Source of the DNA: Candidatus Bathyarchaeia archaeon | Lineage (GTDB): Archaea > Thermoproteota > Bathyarchaeia > Bathyarchaeales > Bathycorpusculaceae | Assembly (NCBI GenBank): GCA_038883855.1 | Contig: JAVZLH010000002.1 | Span: 1 to 64,000, forward strand | Direction of reading: 5' to 3' | DNA length: 64,000 bases | In this document: positions 20,929-31,877 of the stretch, piece by piece | Position numbering within the stretch: position 1 is the stretch's first letter | How the letters are laid out: every line of letters starts with the position of its first letter | Notes under the pieces: model-generated | What the model was told of the DNA's origin: nothing | The model's input: only the letters and a program-made list of their open reading frames with translations | Database searches by the model: none | Translations under genes and position numbers: made by a program

Positions 20929-21725
20929 AGGTATTGCTCCTCTTCTAAAGCCCTTATTATTTCCCGCATATCCGCCTCTTGTTCAGTCACTTTAAGGAAA
21001 ATGTCTTCCAAAGAACCCTCGGCGCTTTCGACGATTTTGCGCAGTCCTTCAACAGTTCCTTCACCCACAAGCCGCCCCTTGTTTATTATTCCGCCCCTCG
21101 TGTATAATTTCTCTGCAACTTCCATTATGTGCGTTGAAAATATGACGGCTCCGCCCTTTTTAGCATGGAATGTTATCATTTCCTTTAATATTTTTGAAGA
21201 GCGAGCGTCTAAACCTATTAGTGGTTCGTCTAGAATCAAAAGCTTCGGCTCATGTAGTAAAGCTGCAGTTACAGCCACTTTCTGCTTGTTTCCTCTTGAT
21301 AAGGCAGCAATTGGAGTATCAAAATATTGTTTAATGTCTAAGGCATAGGCTAACTTTTCAAGTCTAGGATTAACAACCTCCGCCTTTAAACGCCTCACTG
21401 AAGCTATAAACTCGAAAAATTCTCTCGGAGTAAGCGAGTCAAACAAAACAACTTCTTCAGGAACATAACCAATCTGATTTTTCACAGCCCCCTCGTCTGA
21501 AAGTGGCATACCAAAAATCTCAATCTTACCAAATCGCGGCTGCAAAACACCGACCAAAGCCTTTATTGTGCTGGTTTTGCCAGCCCCGTTGGGACCAAGC
21601 AAACCGTAAATTTCTCCTGATTGGACGGTGAAAGATAGGTTGTCAACAGCCACAAAAGAGCCATAAGCAACTACAAGCCCTTCAACCCTCACAACTGCTT
21701 GTTGCGCCATTAGGTTCCTCCCCAA
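20925..21725 (-). CDS. ABC transporter ATP-binding protein
   Basis: GPNGAGKTS, LSRGNKQK, LILDEP and STH. Confidence 0.93.
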   Translation of the reverse strand: MGRNLMAQQAVVRVEGLVVAYGSFVAVDNLSFTVQSGEIYGLLGPNGAGKTSTIKALVGVLQPRFGKIEIFGMPLSDEGAVKNQIGYVPEEVVLFDSLTPREFFEFIASVRRLKAEVVNPRLEKLAYALDIKQYFDTPIAALSRGNKQKVAVTAALLHEPKLLILDEPLIGLDARSSKILKEMITFHAKKGGAVIFSTHIMEVAEKLYTRGGIINKGRLVGEGTVEGLRKIVESAEGSLEDIFLKVTEQEADMREIIRALEEEQYL

Positions 21726-21834
21726 TAGTTTATAGTTTAACTAATTTCTACATTAGCTAACCTTGAAATAAATTTATTTAAAATTCCAGATTTAGACCAA
21801 GTTTTAAACATAACCGCACTTTTATAGAAGCGAA

Positions 21835-22249
21835 TTACGGAACGCGTACTCGTCTTCTGAGAAAAGTCCAATAACTGTAAAATGAAATCCATACTATAGT
21901 TGTAAGCAATACTATTGGACTTGCTTGATTAACTAGTAAAAAATATGTATTTATTAGAATGCATGCCGTGAGGTTCAGGTAGAAAGCCCTCTTTTGCCAG
22001 CAAATTTTTGATGCGACCTCCACTGCTTGAAGCGCGGCAAACCCCTTTTCGGTTAAAAATATAGCGTCCCTCTGCATCCAAATTCACCAGGTCGCCTAAC
22101 TTCTTTAGGTGAAAATCTAGAAGACCACTACTATTTATCTTAAGCATTCGCTTGATATCAGCGAAACGGTGAGGCTTCTTAGCTAATATTTTAAGAATAT
22201 CAATCCGTAACGGGTGTGAAATCGCCTCAAATAAGTCATTCGAACTCAT
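21835..22249 (-). pseudogene. ArsR-type winged-helix protein with a C-terminal TM hairpin, frameshifted near 22055
   Basis: DLFEAISHPLRIDIL...LDFHLKKL...GRYI, then a shift in a T run to LTEKGFAALQAV followed by two TM segments. Confidence 0.7.
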
Positions 22250-22379
22250 CGTTATCACATGAATAAACAATTCAGGCTAAATAATATAATTCTATTAGTC
22301 TTGACTAACAAGTCAATAACCGTTGACACGCTCAACTCAGCAATACCCTAAAAGTTTGGAGGGAAAATCCTTTAACAAG

Positions 22380-23720
22380 ATGGTTACTGAAACTATGCAT
22401 GTAGGGTTTGACGACACAGATTCAACGCGGAAAGGATGTACAACATATATCGCCGCCCTTTTGGTGGAAAAACTGCAACAGCTCAGAGTAGAATTCATTG
22501 ACTACCCGAATTTAATTAGGCTTAATCCCAATGTGCCGTGGAAAACCAGAGGAAATGGAGCTTTATGTCTAAGAATAAAATACAACAGAGACGTTGAAGA
22601 CAAAATTAAAGAAACGGTCATAAGCACAGTAGAAGAACATTCTGACCTAGATTTTAAGGGAACAGAACCAGGCATAGTCTTTTTTGAAAGGACAAAAATT
22701 CCAAAAGAAGTTAAAAATTTCTCCAAAAAAGCCATAACTGGTGTTGTAAGCCTAAAAGAAGCTTTGAAACTTGTAAAGAAGTTTAGGGCTGAAGCCGTGG
22801 GCTTCAAAAATGGTAGAGGGATTATTGGCGGTCTGGCAGCTGTCGGCGAAACCCTCCAAGGCGACCACACATACGAAATTATCGCTTACCGCATTCCAGA
22901 GAACTATGGCTTAAAGAGGATGGTTGACGAGGATTCCATATTCAAAATGGACGAGGCAACACAGCCTTACACCTTCAACAATGTGGACTTGGAAAAGAAA
23001 AGAGTGATTATTACGCCCCGAGGTCCGGATCCCATCCTCTTTGGCATCAGAGGAGAAACGCCAGAAATTGTCAAAAAAGCCTTTAGCATGGTTAAGCCCT
23101 TGGAGCCAATAGAAAGATGGGTTATATTCCGCACGAATCAGGGAACAGACGCTCACCTAAAGCGAGTTGAAAAACTCAGCCAAATAAAGCCTTACAGCCC
23201 TGTTATTGCTATAGGTTTTGTGGCTTCTGAGCCGAAAATCATCCCAAGAAGACATGTTATTTTTTCAATTAAAGATGATAGTGGACTGGTTGACTGCGCA
23301 GCCTACGAGCCAACTGGCGCTTTACGCAGGATTGCGAGCAAACTGATTGTGGGAGATTATGTTGAAGTTTATGGTGGTGTTCGCAAATCCTCACAGAAGA
23401 ACCCATTAACAATAAACCTTGAAAAAATTCGCTTATTGAAGCTTGCGCCAAAAGTTGTTTATCAGAATCCCCTTTGTCCAACGTGTGGCAAAAGACTGAA
23501 GTCTATGGGAAAAGGGAAAGGTTTCAGATGTGAAAAATGTGGCTCAAAATACAGTGGGCTCGGAAAGGTTGAGGTTAAAATTAAACGTGAGATAAAAAGA
23601 GGTCTTTACATAACCTCGCCCCGCTCTCAGAGGCATTTGACTAAACCCTTTAGGCGTTATGGTTTAGAGAAACGGCAAGCAAAAGTTGAAAAATTGATTG
23701 ACGAATGGCATTTTCCTTAG
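22380..23720 (+). CDS. tiaS: tRNA(Ile2) agmatinylcytidine synthase
   Basis: GFDDTDS..GCTT, RLNPNVPWKTRGNG, GRGIIG, TNQGTD, AYEPT, and a CPTC...CEKC zinc ribbon. Confidence 0.96.
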   Translation: MVTETMHVGFDDTDSTRKGCTTYIAALLVEKLQQLRVEFIDYPNLIRLNPNVPWKTRGNGALCLRIKYNRDVEDKIKETVISTVEEHSDLDFKGTEPGIVFFERTKIPKEVKNFSKKAITGVVSLKEALKLVKKFRAEAVGFKNGRGIIGGLAAVGETLQGDHTYEIIAYRIPENYGLKRMVDEDSIFKMDEATQPYTFNNVDLEKKRVIITPRGPDPILFGIRGETPEIVKKAFSMVKPLEPIERWVIFRTNQGTDAHLKRVEKLSQIKPYSPVIAIGFVASEPKIIPRRHVIFSIKDDSGLVDCAAYEPTGALRRIASKLIVGDYVEVYGGVRKSSQKNPLTINLEKIRLLKLAPKVVYQNPLCPTCGKRLKSMGKGKGFRCEKCGSKYSGLGKVEVKIKREIKRGLYITSPRSQRHLTKPFRRYGLEKRQAKVEKLIDEWHFP

Positions 23721-24036
23721 GTTTTCCTTCGTCGACTTTGAAGATTTCGCAAAGCATTTGGTAAAGCTCCTCTCCGCCTTCCACTCTTGTGAAAAGGTCT
23801 CTTTCCGCCCGTAGTAAATGCCCCCATTGTTCTGTAGGTTTACCACCATTCAAGCTCCCTTCACATCATACGGTAATGTTTCTGTTCAATCCAAGCTCTG
23901 AAAATCAAAACAACAAACATGTTCTAAAGCAACTGCGAGAATTCGCCTCTGCTTGCAAATGCTTTTAAAGTTATTTAATACAAACATATTTAAATCAAAT
24001 TTGCGACAGCCAATGTAAAGAAAGGAGAGATCTGAC

Positions 24037-24345
24037 TTGAGTGAAATAGTTTCGCCACTTGTCTATCAACTCGGCTTAGGTGGAATAGGCGGTTTTATAG
24101 TTGGTTTTGCATTCAAGAAGATAAGCAAACTAGTATTAGTGGTGATAGGCTCGTTTATAATAGCGCTTCTCTACATGGGGGTAAGCGGAATAATAAACAT
24201 AAATTACGAGAGACTATGGGATTCCTTAGCCGGTTTGCTAAAGTTTGCTGGTGAAGCGGCTGGGTGGTTGATTGGTCTGATATCTATAATTCCTTTCTTC
24301 GGAAGCTTCTTCGCCGGCTTCTTACTCGGCTTCAAAATTGGTTGA
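24037..24345 (+). CDS. FUN14 family membrane protein
   Basis: QLGLGGIGGFIVGFAFKK, GIININY and GFLLGFK. Confidence 0.88.
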   Translation: MSEIVSPLVYQLGLGGIGGFIVGFAFKKISKLVLVVIGSFIIALLYMGVSGIININYERLWDSLAGLLKFAGEAAGWLIGLISIIPFFGSFFAGFLLGFKIG

Positions 24346-24472
24346 TTGAATTTGCAGCTAATGACATAGTTAACTACTGGCAAGAAGAATGTGAAGAATC
24401 ACAAATAGTTTAAATGTTTGAACTCGTTAATCCATTGAAATCCAAATTAATGCTCATTGGAGTTTGGGTTAA

Positions 24473-27271
24473 TTGAAAAAGAAGTTTCCAGAAGAGGAAT
24501 ATAGCCTTCCATTCTTTAAAGAAGCTGGCTACGTTAGGAAGCTTTGCCCAAAATGTGGAGAATATTTTTGGACGCAGAACCCAGACCAAGAAACTTGTGG
24601 AGAGGCAACTTCAGAGGGCTGCGCTTACTACTCTTTTATAGATAACCCGCCGACTAAGAGAAGCTACACTTTCTCTGAAATGCGTGAGGCTTTTCTCTCA
24701 TTTTTTGAAAAGCACGGACATATGCGAATAAAACCTTATCCAGTTGTGGCCCGGTGGCGAGACGACATTTACTTAACCCACGCAAGCATAATCGACTTTC
24801 AACCATACGTAACAGAAGGAATAGCGCCGCCTCCAGCAAACCCGCTTGTGGTTTCTCAGCCGTGCATCCGCCTTGTGGACATAGCCAACACTGGTCCAAC
24901 CTTTGGCAGACATTTAACAATTTTCGAGATGGGTGGAGCCCACGCCTTCAATTACCCGGACAAGGACGTTTACTGGAAAGACCAGACGGTTCGGTATCAC
25001 CATCAGTGGGTTACAGAAGACTTGGGCGTGAAATCTGAAGAAATAGTTTACAAGGAGGATGTATGGGTTGGCGGAGGAAACGCTGGTCCAGATGTCGAAT
25101 GCATTATTAGGGGGCTTGAAGTCGCAACCTTAGTTTTTATGCAGTATAAGGTTGTTAACGACGAGTTTGTGAAGTTGCCTATAAGAACTGTTGACACTGG
25201 TTATGGAATAGACCGTTATGCGTGGCTTTCTCAAGGTGCGCCGAGTTGTTTCCACACGGTTTATGGCGGTTTGCTTGATAAAATCTTCAAGATGGCTGGA
25301 ATAAAAGTTGATAATAAATTGTTGGTTGAAGCAGCCAAATTCTCCGGATTAGTGAGTTTGGATAAAACGGCGAGTAGGCTTGAAGCTAGGAAGCGAATGG
25401 CGGAGCTTGTAGGCGTAGACATCGATTATTTGGACAAGCATCTTACGCCAATTGAAAACGCCTTCGCTGTTGCGGACCACACTAAATGTTTAAGCTTCAT
25501 CCTTTCCGAAGGCGTTGTTCCCTCAAACATTCATGAAGGGTATTTAGCTCGGTTGCTTTTCCGCAGAGTCTACCGCCTACTGAAGATGCTGGGGATAACT
25601 GAGAGGCTTTATGACATAGTGAACATGCAAATTGAGCTTTGGTCAAAGGATTACCCACACCTCAAGGAAATGCGAAACGAAATAATGGAAATGCTCAAGG
25701 TGGAAGAGGAAAAATTCGAGGAAACAATCAAAAGAGGTGAAGGACTCGTAAAAAGAATTTCTGGCGAACTTAAAGCGAAAAAAGCCAAAGAAATTCCTAT
25801 TGAGACTTTGACGAAGCTTTATGATTCTCATGGGCTTCCTCCAGAAATCGTTAAGCAGATAGCGGAAAACGAAGGTTTGAATGTTGAAGTTCCAGAAAAC
25901 TTCTATGCGCTGATTGCTCAGAGGCACATGCAAGCCCCAAAACCAAGGGAGGAAGAAGAAACTAAAGCAGAGAAGTGGCTTGAAAACGCTGTTGCCAACC
26001 TTCCAGAAACCGAACCGCTTTATTACAAAGACCAGTACATGAAGGAGTTTGAGGCAACCGTTCTAAAGGTGGTAGACGGAGAATACGTGGTTTTAGACAA
26101 GACGTGTTTTTACCCAGAGGGCGGGGGGCAACCAGCAGACAACGGCTATTTCATGTTTGACAGCGACAAAGTTGCTGTTGTTGACGTTAAAAAAGTTGGC
26201 AAAGTTGTAGTTCACAAAATAACGGGAAAAGCCCCGATGGAAGGCACTAAGGTTAAAGGCTTTATTGACTGGGATAGGCGCTACAGCTTCATGAAAAGCC
26301 ACACGGTTACGCACGTTGTTAACGGGGCTGCACGCCGTGTTTTGGGGCAGCATGTTTGGCAGTTTGGAACTCAGAAAGGCATAGAAAGCTCTAGGCTTGA
26401 CATCTCGCATTACCGCAGATTAACACCAGAAGAAGTTCATATGATAGAAACTTTGGCAAACCAAGCCGTTTTGCAGAACATTCCAGTTGAAACCCTCTGG
26501 ATGCCAAGAAGCGAAGCAGAAAGCCGATACGGTTTTAGACTTTATCAGGGCGGGGCAGTTCCAGGCAAGGAAATCAGGGTTGTGAAGGTTGGAGAATGGG
26601 ATGTCGAGGCTTGCGGCGGAACACACTTGAAAAACACTGGTGAAATAGGTTTTATCAAAATAATTCACACTGAAAGAGTTCAAGATGGGGTGGAAAGACT
26701 GGTTTATTCCTTTGGGATTCCAGCCCTTAAAGTTGTGCAACAAAACGAGAGGTTATTGTGGAAACTTTCAGAAATCCTCAATGCTCCACTGGAGAAACTG
26801 GACAAAACTGCGGAAAAACTTGTCAATGAACTGAAAGAGGCAAAAGCGGAGAAAAGAAAGCTTATTAAAGAAATAGCGAAGCAAGCAAGTGTCAGCGTAG
26901 GCGCAAAGGCAGAGGTAGAAGTTATCCGCGAAATAAACGACATTAGGTTAGTGATGCGTGATTTTAAAGAAGACATCGACGTTGACCGCATGGTGCAAAC
27001 TGCAAACGAAATAATCAAAAAAGACGAGGCAACAGTCACCCTATTTTACGGATCTGATGGTAAAACTGCACGGATAATGGTTATGGCTGGGAAAAAGGCG
27101 CTGGAAAAAGGCATTAACGCTGGCGAAATTGTAAGACAAGCGTCAGCGCTTCTAGGCGGTGGAGGAGGTGGAAGACCCAACTTTGCCCAAGGCGGAGGAA
27201 CAAAAGTCGATAAACTGCAAGAGGCAGTTGAAAAAGCAGAAGAAACATTGAAGAAACAATTAAAACTATAA
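24473..27271 (+). CDS. alaS: Alanine-tRNA ligase
   Basis: YPVVARWRDD, QPCIR, DTGYG, YDSHG, editing HTVTH/CGGTH and C-Ala GGGGGRPNFAQGG. Confidence 0.97.
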   Translation: MKKKFPEEEYSLPFFKEAGYVRKLCPKCGEYFWTQNPDQETCGEATSEGCAYYSFIDNPPTKRSYTFSEMREAFLSFFEKHGHMRIKPYPVVARWRDDIYLTHASIIDFQPYVTEGIAPPPANPLVVSQPCIRLVDIANTGPTFGRHLTIFEMGGAHAFNYPDKDVYWKDQTVRYHHQWVTEDLGVKSEEIVYKEDVWVGGGNAGPDVECIIRGLEVATLVFMQYKVVNDEFVKLPIRTVDTGYGIDRYAWLSQGAPSCFHTVYGGLLDKIFKMAGIKVDNKLLVEAAKFSGLVSLDKTASRLEARKRMAELVGVDIDYLDKHLTPIENAFAVADHTKCLSFILSEGVVPSNIHEGYLARLLFRRVYRLLKMLGITERLYDIVNMQIELWSKDYPHLKEMRNEIMEMLKVEEEKFEETIKRGEGLVKRISGELKAKKAKEIPIETLTKLYDSHGLPPEIVKQIAENEGLNVEVPENFYALIAQRHMQAPKPREEEETKAEKWLENAVANLPETEPLYYKDQYMKEFEATVLKVVDGEYVVLDKTCFYPEGGGQPADNGYFMFDSDKVAVVDVKKVGKVVVHKITGKAPMEGTKVKGFIDWDRRYSFMKSHTVTHVVNGAARRVLGQHVWQFGTQKGIESSRLDISHYRRLTPEEVHMIETLANQAVLQNIPVETLWMPRSEAESRYGFRLYQGGAVPGKEIRVVKVGEWDVEACGGTHLKNTGEIGFIKIIHTERVQDGVERLVYSFGIPALKVVQQNERLLWKLSEILNAPLEKLDKTAEKLVNELKEAKAEKRKLIKEIAKQASVSVGAKAEVEVIREINDIRLVMRDFKEDIDVDRMVQTANEIIKKDEATVTLFYGSDGKTARIMVMAGKKALEKGINAGEIVRQASALLGGGGGGRPNFAQGGGTKVDKLQEAVEKAEETLKKQLKL

Positions 27272-27736
27272 TTTTGCAAGATCCTTTTCGTAGTCAACAA
27301 CCACATAATTTTTGCCCCTTCTCACCACTTTATGTCCTTCTGCTTCCAGAAGCGCCTTTTGGACTTCTGCTCCACCCGGATACTTCTTATTTATTACTCC
27401 TCCTGTTTTAAGTGTGCGCCAGTATGGCGTAATGTTCTTTTCACCTTTCCTTCTCTGTTCTTCTGCGGCGTTTGCGGCAACCCAAGCGAAAATGCCGGTT
27501 GTCATGGGACAGCCTATTGTTGCCTTATGTTTCTTGGCTAGTGTGCTGCGAATCTCGTTGATGGTTATGAGTTTTCCTTTTGGCACTTTCTTCATGATTT
27601 CATCAACTTCCATGGGTGCTGGAATTACAACGGTGCCTGAACTCCATCTTTTGCTCATTTTTTCAATTATTTTCTCAACTTTTGGTAAGCCCTTGCTGTC
27701 TTTCAATTTTTCAGACCAACTTTTTTGCTTTGACAT
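27266..27736 (-). CDS. MGMT-family DNA-binding protein (alkyltransferase-like, no PCHR cysteine)
   Basis: VPKGKLIT, TPYWRTL at the PCHRV position, and QKALLEAEG. Confidence 0.8.
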   Translation of the reverse strand: MSKQKSWSEKLKDSKGLPKVEKIIEKMSKRWSSGTVVIPAPMEVDEIMKKVPKGKLITINEIRSTLAKKHKATIGCPMTTGIFAWVAANAAEEQRRKGEKNITPYWRTLKTGGVINKKYPGGAEVQKALLEAEGHKVVRRGKNYVVVDYEKDLAKL

Positions 27737-27921
27737 AAATTATTCCTCAAATCAAAGTTTTCGAAGCTGTTAATAACACTTGTTGGAATATGCGAAGGTT
27801 TAGTAAAAGATTAATGCGCCTTTGTATAGATTAGTTAATGGTGTTATCGAAATGAGGGACATAGTTCTCTGCCTCTGAAAACAAAACCTTTAATACTTCT
27901 CAAACCAGTTCAGAAAGTTTT

Positions 27922-30828
27922 ATGGAAGTTTTAAAAGAAATCGAGGAAAAATGGCAGAAGCGCTGGGAAGAGGCAAAAATTTTCGAGACGAACCCAGACC
28001 CATCGAAGCCAAAGTTCTTTATAACCGTCGCCTATCCATACCCAAACTCTCCGCAGCATATAGGACATGCTAGAACATACACTTTGGCAGATGTTTACGC
28101 CAGATACATGCGGATGCGCGGCTACAATGTGCTTCTGCCAATGGCTTTCCACTATACTGGAACTCCAGTCTTAGCCATGTCTAGGCGTCTCGCGGAAAAC
28201 GACGAGGAACTAATCAAGGACTTCACGAAGGTCTACAAGGTTCCAAAGGAGAAACTTAAAGACTTAACAGACCCTCTTGCCATGGCTCGTTACTTCCATG
28301 AAGAGATAAAAGAGGGAATGAAGCGAATAGGCTATTCCATAGATTGGAGACGTGAATTCACAACAATAGACCCGCAATACAACCGCTTCATCGAATGGCA
28401 GTTCCGCAAACTACACCAAGCAGGATACATAAAACGCGGAAGTCACCCAGTGGGTTGGTGTCCAAAATGCGGAAATCCCGTAGGGCAGCATGACACGGTG
28501 GGCGATGTTGAACCCGAAATAGACGAGTTCACATTAATAAAGTTCAAGTTTGGAGAGTGGGTTCTCCCGACGGCTACATTACGTCCAGAAACAGTCTTCG
28601 GCGTTACAAACATTTGGCTGAATCCAAAAGCCAAATACGTGAAAGCTGCGGTTAACGATGAAAAGTGGATAATGAGCCAAGAATGCGCAGAAAAACTGGC
28701 ATATCAAAACCGTAAAGTCACAATATTAGAAAGCTTTGAAGGAAAAGAGCTTATAGGGAAAAAGGCTGTAAACCCCGTCACGAGCGACGAAATTTTAATT
28801 CTTCCAGCAGACTTCGTTGACCCCAAAAACGCAACGGGCGTAGTAATGTCCGTTCCTGGACATGCCCCCTACGATTATGTCGCGCTGGAAAACATCAAAA
28901 GAGACTTGCCTAAATTGAAAGAATACGGGTTAACCGCGGAAGACGTGAACTCCATAAAACCCGTTTCCCTAATTGAAATTCCCTCATATTCGGAAATTCC
29001 AGCAGGCGACGTAGTTAAAAGAATGGGCATAAAAGAGCAAACAGACCCGAAACTCGAAGAAGCCACAAAAGAAGTCTACAGACATGAATTCCACAATGGC
29101 AAGATGAAGCAAATCACCGGAAAATATTTTGGGCTGCCAGTGGCTGAAGCAAAAGAAAAAGTAAAACAAGACCTATTAGCCGAAGGCAAAGTTACAGTGA
29201 TGTATGAGCTTTTGAATAGACCTGTTCGATGCCGTTGCGGAACAGAATGCATCGTAAAAATCTTTGAAGACCAGTGGTTCATAGACTACGGAAACCCAGA
29301 ATGGAAAGCCTTAGCCCACAAATGCCTAGAAAAAATGAAGATTTTACCCGAAGAACTCCGCGCAGAATACAAGTACGTGATAGATTGGCTTCGTGAAAAG
29401 GCATGTGCGAGAAAATCTGGTTTAGGCACAAGATTGCCATGGGACCAGGATTGGATTATTGAATCTCTTTCAGACTCAACAATTTACATGGCTTATTACA
29501 CCATAGCGAGGCACATAAAAGAACACGAAATCAAACCAGACCAACTAACGGATGATGTTTTTGATTATATTTTCCTAGGGATTGGAAACGTTAAAAAAAT
29601 TGCGGAAAAAGCAAAGTTGAGCATAGAAATTTTAGAGAAGATGCGCCAAGAGTTCCTGTACTTTTATCCTCTTGATAGTAGGCACTCAGCCCACGAACTA
29701 ATCCCAAACCACTTAACCTTCATGATATTCAACCACACAGCCATATTCCCAGAAAATCACTGGCCACGCCAAATAGTGACAAACGGTCATGTGACCATGG
29801 AGGGCGCAAAGATGAGCAAATCCTTTGGAAACATAATACCGTTGCGAGAAGGCCTCGCCATGTTTGGCGCAGACCCCGTAAGGCTGGGTGTTCTGGCAAC
29901 GGCTGAACTGTTGCAAGACGCTGATTTTAGCCCGTCAGTGGCGAAATCAATGCGCGATAGAATTGAGCGTCTTCATAGGCTTGTCTTGGAAGTAGCTAAA
30001 AACCCGAAGACTGAGGTTTCGGAAAAGACATTTGCAACACTGGACAAGTGGATGCTTAGCAGGTTACAAGAATATATCAAAAAGGCGACGGAAGCCATGG
30101 AAAAATTAGCTGTGCGAAAGGCCATCCACAGCATCCTATTTGAATTGGAACAAGACGTTCAATGGTATCAGAAACGCGCAAAGGCCACGCAAGAAAACGC
30201 GATGCCCTACATACTCCGTGAGGTATTAGATGTTCAAATACGGATGCTGGCTCCATTTGCGCCGCATATATGCGAAGAAATGTGGGAGATGATGGGTGGG
30301 CAAGGCTTTGTTTCATTAAGCACGTGGCCAGCGCCGGATGAAACAAAGACGGATGTCAAAGCAGAGGAAAATGAAACATTAATCATGAATTTGTTGGAGG
30401 ATACACAAAACATAGTTAAGGCAACAAGCATAAAACCTAAAAGGATATGCTATTACACGGCTTCCTCTTGGAAGTGGAAAACCTACCTAAAAATAATCGA
30501 AAAATCTGTTTCACCAGATGCTCTCCAAAGCGGCATAATAAAGGAATTGTTGCAAGACCCGGAATTAAAAGCCAAAGCAAATGAAGTTGCAGAATTCACA
30601 AACAAGGTCATCGAAGAAGTAAAGCGTATGTCCATGGAGAGAAAGCAAAAACTGTTGAAAATCGGAGTTTTCGACGAAAACAAAGCCCTAAAAGAGGCAA
30701 AAGAATTTTTGAAGCAAGAATTAAACGCTGAAATCCAAATTTTTTGCGAAGAAGAACCGCAACGCTATGACCCGAAAAACAGAGCCAAAGCAGCCAAACC
30801 ATATCGCCCCGCAATCTACATTGAATAA
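27922..30828 (+). CDS. leuS: Leucine-tRNA ligase (archaeal type)
   Basis: YPYPNSPQHIGH, ATLRPET, ATGVVMSVPGHAP (CP1), ESLSDSTIY, KMSKS and KPYRPAIYIE. Confidence 0.97.
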   Translation: MEVLKEIEEKWQKRWEEAKIFETNPDPSKPKFFITVAYPYPNSPQHIGHARTYTLADVYARYMRMRGYNVLLPMAFHYTGTPVLAMSRRLAENDEELIKDFTKVYKVPKEKLKDLTDPLAMARYFHEEIKEGMKRIGYSIDWRREFTTIDPQYNRFIEWQFRKLHQAGYIKRGSHPVGWCPKCGNPVGQHDTVGDVEPEIDEFTLIKFKFGEWVLPTATLRPETVFGVTNIWLNPKAKYVKAAVNDEKWIMSQECAEKLAYQNRKVTILESFEGKELIGKKAVNPVTSDEILILPADFVDPKNATGVVMSVPGHAPYDYVALENIKRDLPKLKEYGLTAEDVNSIKPVSLIEIPSYSEIPAGDVVKRMGIKEQTDPKLEEATKEVYRHEFHNGKMKQITGKYFGLPVAEAKEKVKQDLLAEGKVTVMYELLNRPVRCRCGTECIVKIFEDQWFIDYGNPEWKALAHKCLEKMKILPEELRAEYKYVIDWLREKACARKSGLGTRLPWDQDWIIESLSDSTIYMAYYTIARHIKEHEIKPDQLTDDVFDYIFLGIGNVKKIAEKAKLSIEILEKMRQEFLYFYPLDSRHSAHELIPNHLTFMIFNHTAIFPENHWPRQIVTNGHVTMEGAKMSKSFGNIIPLREGLAMFGADPVRLGVLATAELLQDADFSPSVAKSMRDRIERLHRLVLEVAKNPKTEVSEKTFATLDKWMLSRLQEYIKKATEAMEKLAVRKAIHSILFELEQDVQWYQKRAKATQENAMPYILREVLDVQIRMLAPFAPHICEEMWEMMGGQGFVSLSTWPAPDETKTDVKAEENETLIMNLLEDTQNIVKATSIKPKRICYYTASSWKWKTYLKIIEKSVSPDALQSGIIKELLQDPELKAKANEVAEFTNKVIEEVKRMSMERKQKLLKIGVFDENKALKEAKEFLKQELNAEIQIFCEEEPQRYDPKNRAKAAKPYRPAIYIE

Positions 30829-30915
30829 AACTGAAGTTCACTATTTTTCCATAAGCCCGCACAATTCCAAAGAGATAAAACTATATTCAGCACCTCCTAT
30901 GAAATCCATAAGGAA

Positions 30916-31007
30916 GGGTCCGTGGCGCAGCTTGGATTGGCTTAGCTTCCAAAAAGCGCGTCGGCCTTCTAAGCCGGAGATCCTGGGTTCAAATCCCAGC
31001 GGACCCG
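30916..31007 (+). tRNA. tRNA-Arg(UCU) with a 17-nt D-loop intron (30938-30954)
   Basis: Acceptor stem GGGTCCG/CGGACCC, D stem GCGC/GCGC, anticodon arm TCGGC-CTTCTAA-GCCGG, T arm CTGGG-TTCAAAT-CCCAG. Removing the intron restores the D loop AGCTTGGATA. Confidence 0.93.
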
Positions 31008-31118
31008 CTACTATTGAAGGCTTTGCACTGTTATTTTTAGAGGGAAATTTTAAATCTGCGTTGCAATAATAAATGGAAATGCTTTAATGTTTGACTTGTA
31101 GGTGTATAAGGGATTGTT

Positions 31119-31877
31119 ATGAGCACCCATGCGGAGGACTTAAAACTTCGGTTGATGACAATTGAACTGCTTAGAACTGCGAAGTATAAGCGGAATATTA
31201 CATATCGCGAGTTAGCGTCCAAAACGGGTTTGCCAGTTACGGTTTTAAGCAGATATGCCAAAGGGCATGTTTTGCCAAACACTTCTAGGGCGAAGCAGCT
31301 TTGGAAGGTTTTGTCGAAAATTGTTGGTTTGGAAGCGGAGCTTCGCAGTAGAATAAAGTTTGATGAGGATGGGTATTTTGATAACACCGAGATTATTGGT
31401 GATTTCAACATTCTTCAGCAAGCAGCTAACCATGCTTTAGCGAACTTTGCTGGGAAACGTGTAACCAAAGTTTTGTCAGCGGCCGTTGACGGAATTCCAT
31501 TGGCCACTATGGTTGCTAACGCCTTGGGAGTGAACCTTGTAATTGCCAAGAAAAGTAAAGAGGTTGGTGTTAAGGCTTTCCTAGAAGAAACTTACGTTTT
31601 GGGAAAGGACTCGGGGGTGACCGTGACACTTTATGTTCCGAAGGACGCCATTAAACGGAGAGACAGCGTGCTTATTGTTGACGATATGATCAAGACGGGA
31701 GAAACGCAAGCTGCTATGGTTAATTTGGTTAAAAAGGCAAAGGCTGAAATCTCCGGGATTTTCTCACTTATAGCTGTTGGAGACGAATGGAAGAAAAAGT
31801 TGAAAAATGCTGGAGAATACCCAATCGAGGTTATCACCTACATTAATGCACCTCAAGAATCAAGCACTCAGCCTTAA
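31119..31877 (+). CDS. HTH-phosphoribosyltransferase fusion (purine PRTase/PurR-like regulator)
   Basis: N-terminal TYRELASKTGLPVTVLSRYAKG HTH, DGIPLA, and the VLIVDDMIKTGET PRPP motif. Confidence 0.88.
   Translation: MSTHAEDLKLRLMTIELLRTAKYKRNITYRELASKTGLPVTVLSRYAKGHVLPNTSRAKQLWKVLSKIVGLEAELRSRIKFDEDGYFDNTEIIGDFNILQQAANHALANFAGKRVTKVLSAAVDGIPLATMVANALGVNLVIAKKSKEVGVKAFLEETYVLGKDSGVTVTLYVPKDAIKRRDSVLIVDDMIKTGETQAAMVNLVKKAKAEISGIFSLIAVGDEWKKKLKNAGEYPIEVITYINAPQESSTQP

Noticed and set aside
23650-23960. Short minus-strand ORFs after tiaS, possibly a gene remnant
   Set aside because: No recognisable motif or convincing start; a product cannot be supported.
30767-31069. ORFs 30767-31069, 40320-40508, 48868-49050 and 49004-49192
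   Set aside because: They overlap tRNA genes and carry no protein motifs, apart from a shifted piece of the integrase tail.
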